53,556 nt of DNA from Alphaproteobacteria bacterium (GTDB lineage Bacteria; Pseudomonadota; Alphaproteobacteria; Rickettsiales; 21-14-0-20-44-7): assembly GCA_013288575.1 (NCBI GenBank), contig JABDBO010000001.1, forward strand, positions 91 to 53,646, read 5' to 3'. Shown piece after piece: positions 24,573 to 32,651 of this stretch (the stretch's first letter is position 1; the number at the start of each line of letters is the position of its first letter). A model generated the notes under the pieces. That model searched no databases, was not told where the DNA came from, and saw nothing but the letters and a program-made list of their open reading frames with translations. A program made the translations under genes and the position numbers.

Positions 24573-24629
24573 AACTTAGAACATTAGAACTTAGAACGTT
24601 AGATATCTAAGTTATAACGTTTTATCTAA
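24570..24629. repeat. Four degenerate tandem 15-nt units between convergent genes
   Basis: The units are TAGAACTTAGAACAT, TAGAACTTAGAACGT, TAGATATCTAAGTTA and TAACGTTTTATCTAA. The region contains the near-palindrome AACGTTAGATATCTAAGTT and overlaps both stop codons. Confidence 0.7.
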
Positions 24630-25345
24630 CCCTTCCAATCTGCCACCACAGCATGCGCTGCTTCAGCCAATTGCTTACGATCACCTTTCACGCTTAGTGG
24701 CTCGTGGATTTTCACCTCAGCGCGCACAATTCCCAAATTCACAAATTCATTTAAATGTGGCATAAGTTCCGCATCACCAACCCAAGCGATTTTTACGCGC
24801 TCATTGGCCTGAATCGGCAAACCATTTATATGCGTATAAGTAATCGTTACCGGCTGAATGGTGATATCTCGCGCTTCAGCAATTTTGAATAACGATGATT
24901 TGAATGGCAGCACGCCTTTGCCGTCACTTGTCGTGCCCTCAGGAAATAAAATCAGGTTTTTGCCGCTATCAATTGCCTTTTCCAAATCACCAATCTGGTT
25001 GGTGGTGCCGCTTCTTTTTCGGCTGACAAAAACGCAACCGCTTAAACTCGCAATCCACCCCATCAATGGCCATTTTTTCACTTCTGCTTTGGAAACGAAA
25101 CTGCCGGGGAGTGACGCGCCAAGCACCATAATATCAACATATGACATATGGTTTGAAACGAACATGACTGGCTCCTTATGGGAGATTTTTCCTTTGATGG
25201 AAACTTTAATACGGAACGCGCGGGCAAGGATGCGATAGATTATAATATTTGCACGTTTGCGAGTGTGGTTTGGTAAAAGCGCTGACAGTGAAATTGGGAT
25301 TAGGAACAGCGCCAACAATGACATTAAATAAATAACTCTAAGCAT
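24626..25345 (-). CDS. olsA: Lysophospholipid/lyso-ornithine lipid O-acyltransferase (PlsC family), probable OlsA
   Basis: NHMSYVD (HX4D) and FPEGTTS motifs. It lies immediately downstream of, and overlaps, the OlsB-like gene. Confidence 0.65.
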   Translation of the reverse strand: MLRVIYLMSLLALFLIPISLSALLPNHTRKRANIIIYRILARAFRIKVSIKGKISHKEPVMFVSNHMSYVDIMVLGASLPGSFVSKAEVKKWPLMGWIASLSGCVFVSRKRSGTTNQIGDLEKAIDSGKNLILFPEGTTSDGKGVLPFKSSLFKIAEARDITIQPVTITYTHINGLPIQANERVKIAWVGDAELMPHLNEFVNLGIVRAEVKIHEPLSVKGDRKQLAEAAHAVVADWKG

Positions 25346-26189
25346 CTATTGTTCCTGGTGCATAACGAGTTTGATATTTATCGGTGATGGAATCAGTTTT
25401 TACAAGAATGCAAATATCAGTAGTGTTGTAAGGTTTATCTTTATAAGCGCCGTTGCCAACATAACCGCCAACGCGCAAATAACCTTTGATCAGCGGCGGC
25501 AAACTAACCATGCATTCGCGTTTATCCAAATGGTCTTTGTCAACCAAGTTCATCCGCTTGCCTTTGCGGCGGTTTTTCAAAACTTTCGGACGAAACTCAG
25601 CCGGTGCCAAATGATAGTGATATAAATAGGCAAGGTGAGTGGCGTGAACTTTGTAGCGTGAACCGGGGAAGCTGGCGCAGCCAAACAAAAGTTCAACATT
25701 ATGTACGGCGACATATTCACCAATCGCGCGCCACAAAAGCTGCATGGAGCTGCGTGTGCGATAAGCGCGGTCAACGCACGAGCGGCCAAGTTCCATAACT
25801 TCGCCTTTGAAATATTTCAAAGCTTTTGAAATATCATATTCACCTTCAGTGTAGAATTTTTTGCCTTTCGGAAGTTGACTGCGGCGAAGCAAACGATATG
25901 AACCGACAACTGCTTTGTTTTTATCATGGTCAATTACCAGCAAGTGATCGCAGATATTGTCATATGTATCAAAGTCACGTTTAGTAGATTTCATCTGCTT
26001 GCTGGCTTTAGCGCCCATTTCTTCGCAGAAAACGCGGTAACGCAATTTTTGTGAGGCTTTGATTTGCGATTTATTTTCGGCAACTAAAACTTCCAAACTA
26101 CCAACGCGGAAATTGACCTTGGCGTTTAAGGCCTTATCAGTTGCTTTTCGGGACGCAGAAGAGTTCGAGCCGGTGGTCGACGAGCTCAT
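25338..26189 (-). CDS. olsB: Ornithine-acyl-ACP N-acyltransferase-like GNAT (OlsB-like)
   Basis: GSLEVLVAENKSQIKASQKLRYRVFCEEMGA resembles the OlsB N-terminal block. The start is uncertain: ATG 26189 or ATG 26237. Both overlap the upstream Fur-family gene. Confidence 0.65.
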   Translation of the reverse strand: MSSSTTGSNSSASRKATDKALNAKVNFRVGSLEVLVAENKSQIKASQKLRYRVFCEEMGAKASKQMKSTKRDFDTYDNICDHLLVIDHDKNKAVVGSYRLLRRSQLPKGKKFYTEGEYDISKALKYFKGEVMELGRSCVDRAYRTRSSMQLLWRAIGEYVAVHNVELLFGCASFPGSRYKVHATHLAYLYHYHLAPAEFRPKVLKNRRKGKRMNLVDKDHLDKRECMVSLPPLIKGYLRVGGYVGNGAYKDKPYNTTDICILVKTDSITDKYQTRYAPGTIDA

Positions 26190-26547
26190 ACCCGTACTCG
26201 CTCGCAATTTTTTCCTGTAGTTTTTCAATTTCTTCATTTAGGAACTCTATAACTTTGCCTGAACGTATATCTATTAAGTGGTCATGATGCGATTCGCCAG
26301 CTTGTTCATATCTGGCGCGGCCATCACGAAAATCCCGCTTTTCAATTATGCCCTCTTCCTCGAGTAGTTTAACTGTTCTATATACTGTGGCAATTGAAAT
26401 TCGCGGGTCAATTTTATGCGAGCGCATATAAACTTCTTCAACCGAAGGATGATCGTCAGATGCGCCGATAATATTAGCAATCACCTTGCGCTGGTCTGTC
26501 ATCCGGATGCCTTTTTCAAGGCAAAGCTGCTCTAATCTGTGAGACAT
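26137..26547 (-). CDS. Fur family transcriptional regulator (Irr/Fur-like, no CxxC pairs)
   Basis: 136 aa with a winged-helix segment (ISIATVYRTVKLLEEEGII) and the metal-site HHDHLID. Structural-zinc cysteines are absent. Confidence 0.8.
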   Translation of the reverse strand: MSHRLEQLCLEKGIRMTDQRKVIANIIGASDDHPSVEEVYMRSHKIDPRISIATVYRTVKLLEEEGIIEKRDFRDGRARYEQAGESHHDHLIDIRSGKVIEFLNEEIEKLQEKIASEYGYELVDHRLELFCVPKSN

Positions 26548-26594
26548 GAGAAGGTTTTACACCGAAGCGTGAAATGCGTCAACTGCGGAAGTTT

Positions 26595-27032
26595 TTATAG
26601 TTTTGCGATGACAGAAGTAGGAAGAATAAAATGTGGTGGTGGCGATGGAACCGGTGCACCAGGTGGGTGTTGCGGTATCGCGCCCGGGTTTGGCTCTTTA
26701 GATAATTCGAGGCCAGATATAACTTGTTTTATTTCTTCATCGCTTAAAATTTTTCCTGTTTGTTTGCAATATGTCTGTATGTAGCTTTTCATTACTACGT
26801 AGGCTTTTAAAGTTTCAATTTCATTATTGTGTTGCTCTACATTAGTAAGAGCTTGCGAGTTTTGCATTGATAGATAATGCTGCTCGGCAGAAAGATAATC
26901 CTTATTATTAAGCATGGCGATGGCAACATCTTTCAAATTTTTTACATGGGCTGGAGCCGGTAAAATATTGCCGATTAATTTTAACACGATCTCTCGTCGA
27001 GAAGGCAAATCTTTGGTTGGTATATCTGTCAT
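26595..27032 (-). CDS. Hypothetical protein, 145 aa, Pro-rich C-terminus
   Basis: ATG-initiated ORF with no recognisable family. Confidence 0.45.
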   Translation of the reverse strand: MTDIPTKDLPSRREIVLKLIGNILPAPAHVKNLKDVAIAMLNNKDYLSAEQHYLSMQNSQALTNVEQHNNEIETLKAYVVMKSYIQTYCKQTGKILSDEEIKQVISGLELSKEPNPGAIPQHPPGAPVPSPPPHFILPTSVIAKL

Positions 27033-27071
27033 AATTATTATATTGGTTAATAATTATTAACTTTTAACATA

Positions 27072-27593
27072 TTATTTTACCTTAGTCAACCTTCTTATTT
27101 CCGTGCTAGATGCTGAATTTTTGCGGATTTTGTGATAGGTGATGCGGTTGGGGTAACGTAAATAAGCGCGGGATTTGGTGGCCCTGTAAAAATCGTCATC
27201 GCGGTCAAACACATGCACTTCTGCCAAATCCAGAATATGTTGCCACTTTTTCCAGCGAGTGAATTGCAGCAGGTTATCTGTTCCCATTAACCAGAAAAAT
27301 TCAACATGGGGAAATTTTTTCTTGAGCCGTTTGATTGTATCAACCGTATATCGCGTGCCGAGTTCAACCTCAATCCCAAGCACTTTGATTTTTGGGTTTC
27401 TGCCGGCAATTGCTTGCGCATGGTCAAGCCGGAGCGTGAAATCCATCATATCTTCTTTTTTCTTCAAAGGATTTAAAGGGGATACCAGCCACCACACCTG
27501 ATCAAGCTTCAACTTCTTCAGCGCTATCTCACTAATATACAAATGCCCAACATGCGCCGGGTTGAATGAGCCACCAAGTAATCCGATTTTCAT
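27072..27593 (-). CDS. nadD: Nicotinate-nucleotide adenylyltransferase
   Basis: Starts MKIGLLGGSFNPAHVGHL (the (H/T)xGH motif) and has a C-terminal SSTEIR. It lies downstream of proA. Confidence 0.9.
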   Translation of the reverse strand: MKIGLLGGSFNPAHVGHLYISEIALKKLKLDQVWWLVSPLNPLKKKEDMMDFTLRLDHAQAIAGRNPKIKVLGIEVELGTRYTVDTIKRLKKKFPHVEFFWLMGTDNLLQFTRWKKWQHILDLAEVHVFDRDDDFYRATKSRAYLRYPNRITYHKIRKNSASSTEIRRLTKVK

Positions 27594-27634
27594 TAGCAGA
27601 TTATTATCCAGAAAATTGATACAAGCAAGCCAGC

Positions 27635-28825
27635 TTAAACTTCTTGTCCAGGAGGGCCTTCCGGCTTTGGTGAAATTTTTGGGGATCCACCATTTCTAAT
27701 TTGACCGTCCTTGGAACACTGGACAAATCCTAGTTTTGCAATTTCTTCTGGTTTGAATGTTTTCAGTAGAGGGTCTGCCAGGCCATCAGGATATGCATAA
27801 CGCGGCACTATATAATCTCCGGCGCTCAGCTCTAATCTTTCTGCGCCCAAATATATGATTGTATCGATATTTGCTACAAAGGCTTGTGTTGGGCGTGGGC
27901 GAAGAGTGCCGTGAGCGGAATGTTTAGGTGAATCTGGTATGCCATAATCTTCCCAATCATTACTTCCAAATAAGCATGTTAAATCTAATATTTTCTTCGG
28001 ATCTAATGAACTTAATATCTGAGCAGGCTGCAACCCATCAACATAATCACCTTGGCGCAATAGAATTAGATCACCCCAGCCATTTTCTGCAGTCAGTATT
28101 GTGCCAGTGGGCTTTCCATCAATTATTTGTGGTATTTGCTGACCGGGTTCGACTCTTGCATATAAAATTCTAGCAGTTGGGCAAACTATATGTGTTTCGT
28201 CACATGCATCTTCAAACCAAATGGTTCGCTTTTGAGAAAAAGTTGGGGCGCCGTCATATTGAAGAAATTCTTCACTGCCTTGGATGAAGCTTCTGTCATT
28301 ATTATGTCTGGTAAAAAGAATTGTTCCATCGTTGTGAATATGAAGATTAAAGTTTGGCATAATTCCAATCCAACTACCAATTCGAGAGTTTTGTGTATTT
28401 GGTCTTGAGCCGAAGCCATGTTCCATTAATAATTCAGATAAGCCACCAGGGAGGACTTCTTCATCACGCGAATTTATTACTACGGTAACGCAGCTCACAT
28501 CTTCGTGCTCATAAAATCTAGCGTCAGGAACTTCACCAAACATTTCAACCATGCCGGTTAACTTTAGTCCATCTTCTGACTGAAAGCTTGTTGGGCGTCC
28601 ATATATTCTGCTTCGTGTAAGAAGATCAGCTATATCTTCAACTAAAGCCTTTCTTTCTGGCGCACCAAATAAAGCACGTCTTTCTGTAATTGCTTTTTTA
28701 GCTATAGCATTTGCTTTCTCTGCATGATCGGCCATGCTGCCAAATAAGCAAATATTTTCACTTGCCAATAATTCGCGGACAATTAATTCAGATGCGGCGT
28801 AAACTTGTTGTACATGATGTGTCAT
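27635..28825 (-). CDS. Hypothetical protein, 396 aa (orphan inserted between proA and nadD)
   Basis: Long ATG-initiated ORF. I see no signal peptide, TM segment or recognisable catalytic motif. Confidence 0.55.
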   Translation of the reverse strand: MTHHVQQVYAASELIVRELLASENICLFGSMADHAEKANAIAKKAITERRALFGAPERKALVEDIADLLTRSRIYGRPTSFQSEDGLKLTGMVEMFGEVPDARFYEHEDVSCVTVVINSRDEEVLPGGLSELLMEHGFGSRPNTQNSRIGSWIGIMPNFNLHIHNDGTILFTRHNNDRSFIQGSEEFLQYDGAPTFSQKRTIWFEDACDETHIVCPTARILYARVEPGQQIPQIIDGKPTGTILTAENGWGDLILLRQGDYVDGLQPAQILSSLDPKKILDLTCLFGSNDWEDYGIPDSPKHSAHGTLRPRPTQAFVANIDTIIYLGAERLELSAGDYIVPRYAYPDGLADPLLKTFKPEEIAKLGFVQCSKDGQIRNGGSPKISPKPEGPPGQEV

Positions 28826-28869
28826 GCACAGTTTATATTAAATATTATTAACCAAGTCAATAATATTTT

Positions 28870-30168
28870 TTAAGGCCTAACTTGGCCGCTGCCTTCGACG
28901 ATGTATTTGTAAGTGGTCAATTGTTCAACGCCAACTGGGCCGCGAGCATGAAGTCGACCAGTCGAAATACCGATCTCTGCACCCATGCCGAATTCGCCGC
29001 CATCGGCAAATTGAGTGGAGGCATTATGCATAACAATCGCACTATCAATTTCATTCAAAAATTGCTCAGCCGCTTTTTTATCAGTGGTGATAATCGCTTC
29101 CGTGTGATGTGAGCTGTAAAAATTGATGTGCTCAATTGCGTGTTTAATATCTTTTGCAGTTTTGACTGAAACTACTGCATCAAGATATTCCTTAAACCAA
29201 TCAGCCGGTGAGGCAGTTTTGATGCGTTTATCAGCTAATTGCGCACGCTCATCGCCGCGAACTTCGCAACCGGCAGCCGCGAGTTGGTCAATCACCAAAG
29301 GCAAAATTGAATCAACAACTGCTTCGTCAATGACGATGGATTCAGTTGCTCCGCAAATTCCGGTGCGGCGCATTTTAGCATTATAAGTAACTTTAGCTGC
29401 CATTTCAGGATCAGCTTTTGCATGGATATAAGTGTGACAATTGCCATCTAAGTGTAGCAGTGTTGCAATACGACTTTCGTTCTTAATTTTCTCAGTCAAA
29501 CCTTTGCCGCCGCGTGGGATAATGATGTCGATATATTCGCTCATCTGCAGCATTTCTGTTACCGCTGCGCGATCATTGGTTGGTACTAATTGAATTGCTT
29601 CAACCGGTAAATCAGCTTGCGCTAAACCGCGTTGCATCGCAAGTTCAATTGCGCGTGAAGAATTAAAACTATCAGAACCGCAACGCAAAATTACCGCATT
29701 GCCAGATTTCAAGCACAGGCCGCCAGCATCAGCAGTGACATTTGGGCGTGATTCATAAATAACGCCGATAACACCAAGCGGTACTGAAATGCGGCTGATG
29801 TTTAATCCATTTGGACGGTCCCATGAAGCTAGTTTTTTGCCAACCGGATCAGGTAATTTAGCAATTTCTTCCAAACCTTTTGCCATAGCTTCAACACGAA
29901 CAGGCGAGAGTGCCAAACGGTCTAAAAATGCGGCATTAGCGCGGTTTGATTTGGCAATTGCGATATCTTTCTCATTAGCTGCCAGAATATCTTTGGCATT
30001 TTCGCGAATAGCTTTTGCTGCCGCAATCAGCGCCTTGTTTTTTTGCTCAGAGCTGGCTTTGGCGAGAACCGCATAGGCTTCTTTCGCTTTCTGGCCAAGA
30101 GTTATCATCATTTCGTGAACCTCGGTGTTGATTTCAAGGCTTGGTTTATCAAGAATATCAATGGCCAT
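28870..30168 (-). CDS. proA: Gamma-glutamyl phosphate reductase
   Basis: 432 aa aldehyde-dehydrogenase fold with RTGICGATES (catalytic Cys) and GVIGVIYESRPNV. Confidence 0.95.
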   Translation of the reverse strand: MAIDILDKPSLEINTEVHEMMITLGQKAKEAYAVLAKASSEQKNKALIAAAKAIRENAKDILAANEKDIAIAKSNRANAAFLDRLALSPVRVEAMAKGLEEIAKLPDPVGKKLASWDRPNGLNISRISVPLGVIGVIYESRPNVTADAGGLCLKSGNAVILRCGSDSFNSSRAIELAMQRGLAQADLPVEAIQLVPTNDRAAVTEMLQMSEYIDIIIPRGGKGLTEKIKNESRIATLLHLDGNCHTYIHAKADPEMAAKVTYNAKMRRTGICGATESIVIDEAVVDSILPLVIDQLAAAGCEVRGDERAQLADKRIKTASPADWFKEYLDAVVSVKTAKDIKHAIEHINFYSSHHTEAIITTDKKAAEQFLNEIDSAIVMHNASTQFADGGEFGMGAEIGISTGRLHARGPVGVEQLTTYKYIVEGSGQVRP

Positions 30169-30238
30169 AATAGCTTGCTGCTGGTTAATTTTTTGTTATT
30201 TCAAGGAGAATAGCGGGATTTGGCAGCCTATTCAACTA

Positions 30239-31342
30239 TTATATAGTCAGAACTAGGTCATCGCGATGGATTAACTCGTCCCGTCCAGCGAAGCCAAGGA
30301 TTTTTTCGATTTCGGAGGATTTTTTGCCAATGATTTTCTTTGCATCCTCAATCGAATAAGCTGAGAGCCCGCGCGCTACTTCGCCATGTTCATTTTTGAC
30401 AATTACCAGATCACCACGTTCAAATTTACCGGTTACTTCTGTGGCTCCAGCTGGCAGCAGACTATTGCCTTTTGTGAGTGCCGTCACTGCGCCTTTATCA
30501 ATGATGATTTCACCCATCGGCTTTACGCCGGAAACAATCCATTTTTTGCGTGCCGTTAATGGGTTTACCGATGAAATAAAGCGGGTGAATAATTGCTTGC
30601 CAGAAATCAGATTTTTCAATGGGTTAACCTTATGGCCGTTGGTGATTATGCAATCACATCCTGAGCGCACAGCAATTTTGGCAGCTTCAATCTTGGTTTT
30701 CATGCCTCCAGTGCCGACTTTGCTGGTAGGGTCGCCTGCCATTTCTTCAATTTCAGTGGTGATTTTGGCAACTTCAGCTATGTGTTTGGCGTTTTTATTG
30801 GTAACTGGGTTGCTGTCATAAAGCCCATCAACATCAGAGAAAATAATCAAAAGATCAGCGCGGAGCATTTCGGCCACGCGGGCGGAAAGCCGGTCATTAT
30901 CGCCATAATTCAGCTCAGAAGTTGCTACCACGTCATTTTCATTGATAACTGGTATAATGCCCATTTTCAGCATGGTTTCCATAGCATCTTTTGCATTTAG
31001 GTAACTGCGGCGTCGCTCGGTATCCCAGGCGGTGAGCAGCACTTGTGCCACTTTCAGCGGCTTTAAAACACGAGAATAGCCTTGCATTAGCTCAATCTGC
31101 CCGCAGGCGACAGCCGCCTGTTTTTCCTCTAATTTGAGCTTACCCGTTGGTTTTCCGATATGTTTCCGGCCTAAAGCTACCCCGCCGCTTGTCACGATAA
31201 TAATTTCTTTACCCTGTTTTATCAGGCCGGAAATGTCAACAGCCAGGCTTTTGAGCCATTCCTCGCGGATTTCGCCGTTTTCCGAAGTAATAATCGATGA
31301 ACCCAGTTTTAGGACAATTCTTTGCAAATCATTAAAATTCAT
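30239..31342 (-). CDS. proB: Glutamate 5-kinase (with C-terminal PUA domain)
   Basis: 367 aa with IVLKLGSS, VTSGGVALG and a NENDVV block. The C-terminal ~90 aa are PUA-like. Confidence 0.95.
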   Translation of the reverse strand: MNFNDLQRIVLKLGSSIITSENGEIREEWLKSLAVDISGLIKQGKEIIIVTSGGVALGRKHIGKPTGKLKLEEKQAAVACGQIELMQGYSRVLKPLKVAQVLLTAWDTERRRSYLNAKDAMETMLKMGIIPVINENDVVATSELNYGDNDRLSARVAEMLRADLLIIFSDVDGLYDSNPVTNKNAKHIAEVAKITTEIEEMAGDPTSKVGTGGMKTKIEAAKIAVRSGCDCIITNGHKVNPLKNLISGKQLFTRFISSVNPLTARKKWIVSGVKPMGEIIIDKGAVTALTKGNSLLPAGATEVTGKFERGDLVIVKNEHGEVARGLSAYSIEDAKKIIGKKSSEIEKILGFAGRDELIHRDDLVLTI

Positions 31343-31407
31343 CGGCGCATCCTAACTTAAAGCTTCTGTTTAATCAATATTTAACCCTATTCATATATTA
31401 ATGGAGC

Positions 31408-32610
31408 ATGTCATTATTTATCTACAAGGCGATGAACGAAATGGGCAAGACGGTGCGCGGTAAAATTACTGCCGCCAATGACATTGACCTTGAAACTCGC
31501 TTAAGAGGAATTGGGCTTGATTTACTCTCGGGCAGAGAAGTGAAAGAATCAAAAGCATTGTCACTATTCGGTGTAAAAACCAAAGATAAAGTTATGTTTT
31601 GTGCGCATATGGAACAACTCGATAAAGCCGGCGTGCCGATTCTTGATGCACTTGCAGACGTGAGAGATTCTACCGAGGCGCCAAAACTAAAAGACGTATT
31701 ATCCGATGTTTATGAATCAGTAAAAACGGGTATGTTGTTATCGGAAGCTATGGCTAAACATCCGCGAACGTTTGACGGTGTATTTTGCGGCTTGATCTCG
31801 GCTGGCGAGCGAACTGGTAATTTGCACGAATCATTCAAAAGTCTTGAGCATCACCTTAAATGGTCAGCAGAAATTAAACGTAAAGTCAGAAAAGCGGTTT
31901 CATATCCAATTTTCACTTTATTCGTAATGATAGGAACAATTACTATATTGATGCTTTATGTTGTTCCGCAAATCGTAAAATTCATTGAGTCAAATGGTCA
32001 AAAATTGCCTTGGCACACGCGTGCTTTAATTTCCACTTCTGAGTTCTTCGGTGATTTCTGGTGGCTTATTTTGCCAGTTCCATTTGGCTTTTTCGTTTCG
32101 GTGAGATTCTTAAAACGCGTCTCTTACAAATTTGCTTTTAACTGGGATAAGGTAATGCTCAAACTTCCTGTTTTGGGTAATCCATTCCGCAAAATTGATA
32201 TGGCGCGGTTTGTCCACTTTTTCAGCGTTCTTTATACTAGTGGTATTGATATCCTAGAATGTCTTAAAGTTGGCCAACAAGTGGTAAAAAATAAAGTATT
32301 ACTTGACTCCCTGGAGGGAGTAAGAAGGATTGTAGGCGAGGGTAATTCGCTTACCGGCGCACTAAGAATGTCTAACCAGTTTCCGGGATTAGTTATACGC
32401 ATGTTCAAAGTTGGTGAAGATAGCGGTAATATGAAGGAAGCTTTGGAGCATGTTAACTTCTTCTTTGATCGTGAAGTTAACGATTCGGTAGATAATATCA
32501 TAGGCGTCATTAAGCCTGCCCTTACGTTGATACTTGGTTTGTTGCTTGCCTGGATCGCCCTTGCGATGTTTGGCCCGCTCTACGACGGTATCAGCAAAAT
32601 TAAATATTAG
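31408..32610 (+). CDS. Type II secretion system F family platform protein (PilC/GspF-like)
   Basis: 400 aa with two repeats of the GspF-type domain (SEAMAKHPRTFDGVFCGLISAGERTGNL and GALRMSNQFPGLVIRMFKVGEDSGNM). It has 3 TM helices. Confidence 0.85.
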   Translation: MSLFIYKAMNEMGKTVRGKITAANDIDLETRLRGIGLDLLSGREVKESKALSLFGVKTKDKVMFCAHMEQLDKAGVPILDALADVRDSTEAPKLKDVLSDVYESVKTGMLLSEAMAKHPRTFDGVFCGLISAGERTGNLHESFKSLEHHLKWSAEIKRKVRKAVSYPIFTLFVMIGTITILMLYVVPQIVKFIESNGQKLPWHTRALISTSEFFGDFWWLILPVPFGFFVSVRFLKRVSYKFAFNWDKVMLKLPVLGNPFRKIDMARFVHFFSVLYTSGIDILECLKVGQQVVKNKVLLDSLEGVRRIVGEGNSLTGALRMSNQFPGLVIRMFKVGEDSGNMKEALEHVNFFFDREVNDSVDNIIGVIKPALTLILGLLLAWIALAMFGPLYDGISKIKY

Positions 32611-32651
32611 ACTAATAATTAGACGCGATATTATAGCTAACCGGGCAGGAA

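Noticed and set aside
24570-24629. The tandem TAGAAC repeats as a mini-CRISPR array, Irr ICE boxes or alphaproteobacterial LexA boxes
   Set aside because: There are no spacers and the units are only 15 nt, so it is not a CRISPR array. ICE is an inverted repeat (TTTAGAA-N3-TTCTAAA), but these are direct repeats with no TTCTAA half-site. LexA boxes need GAAC-N7-GAAC, whereas the spacings here are N3, N4 and N11.
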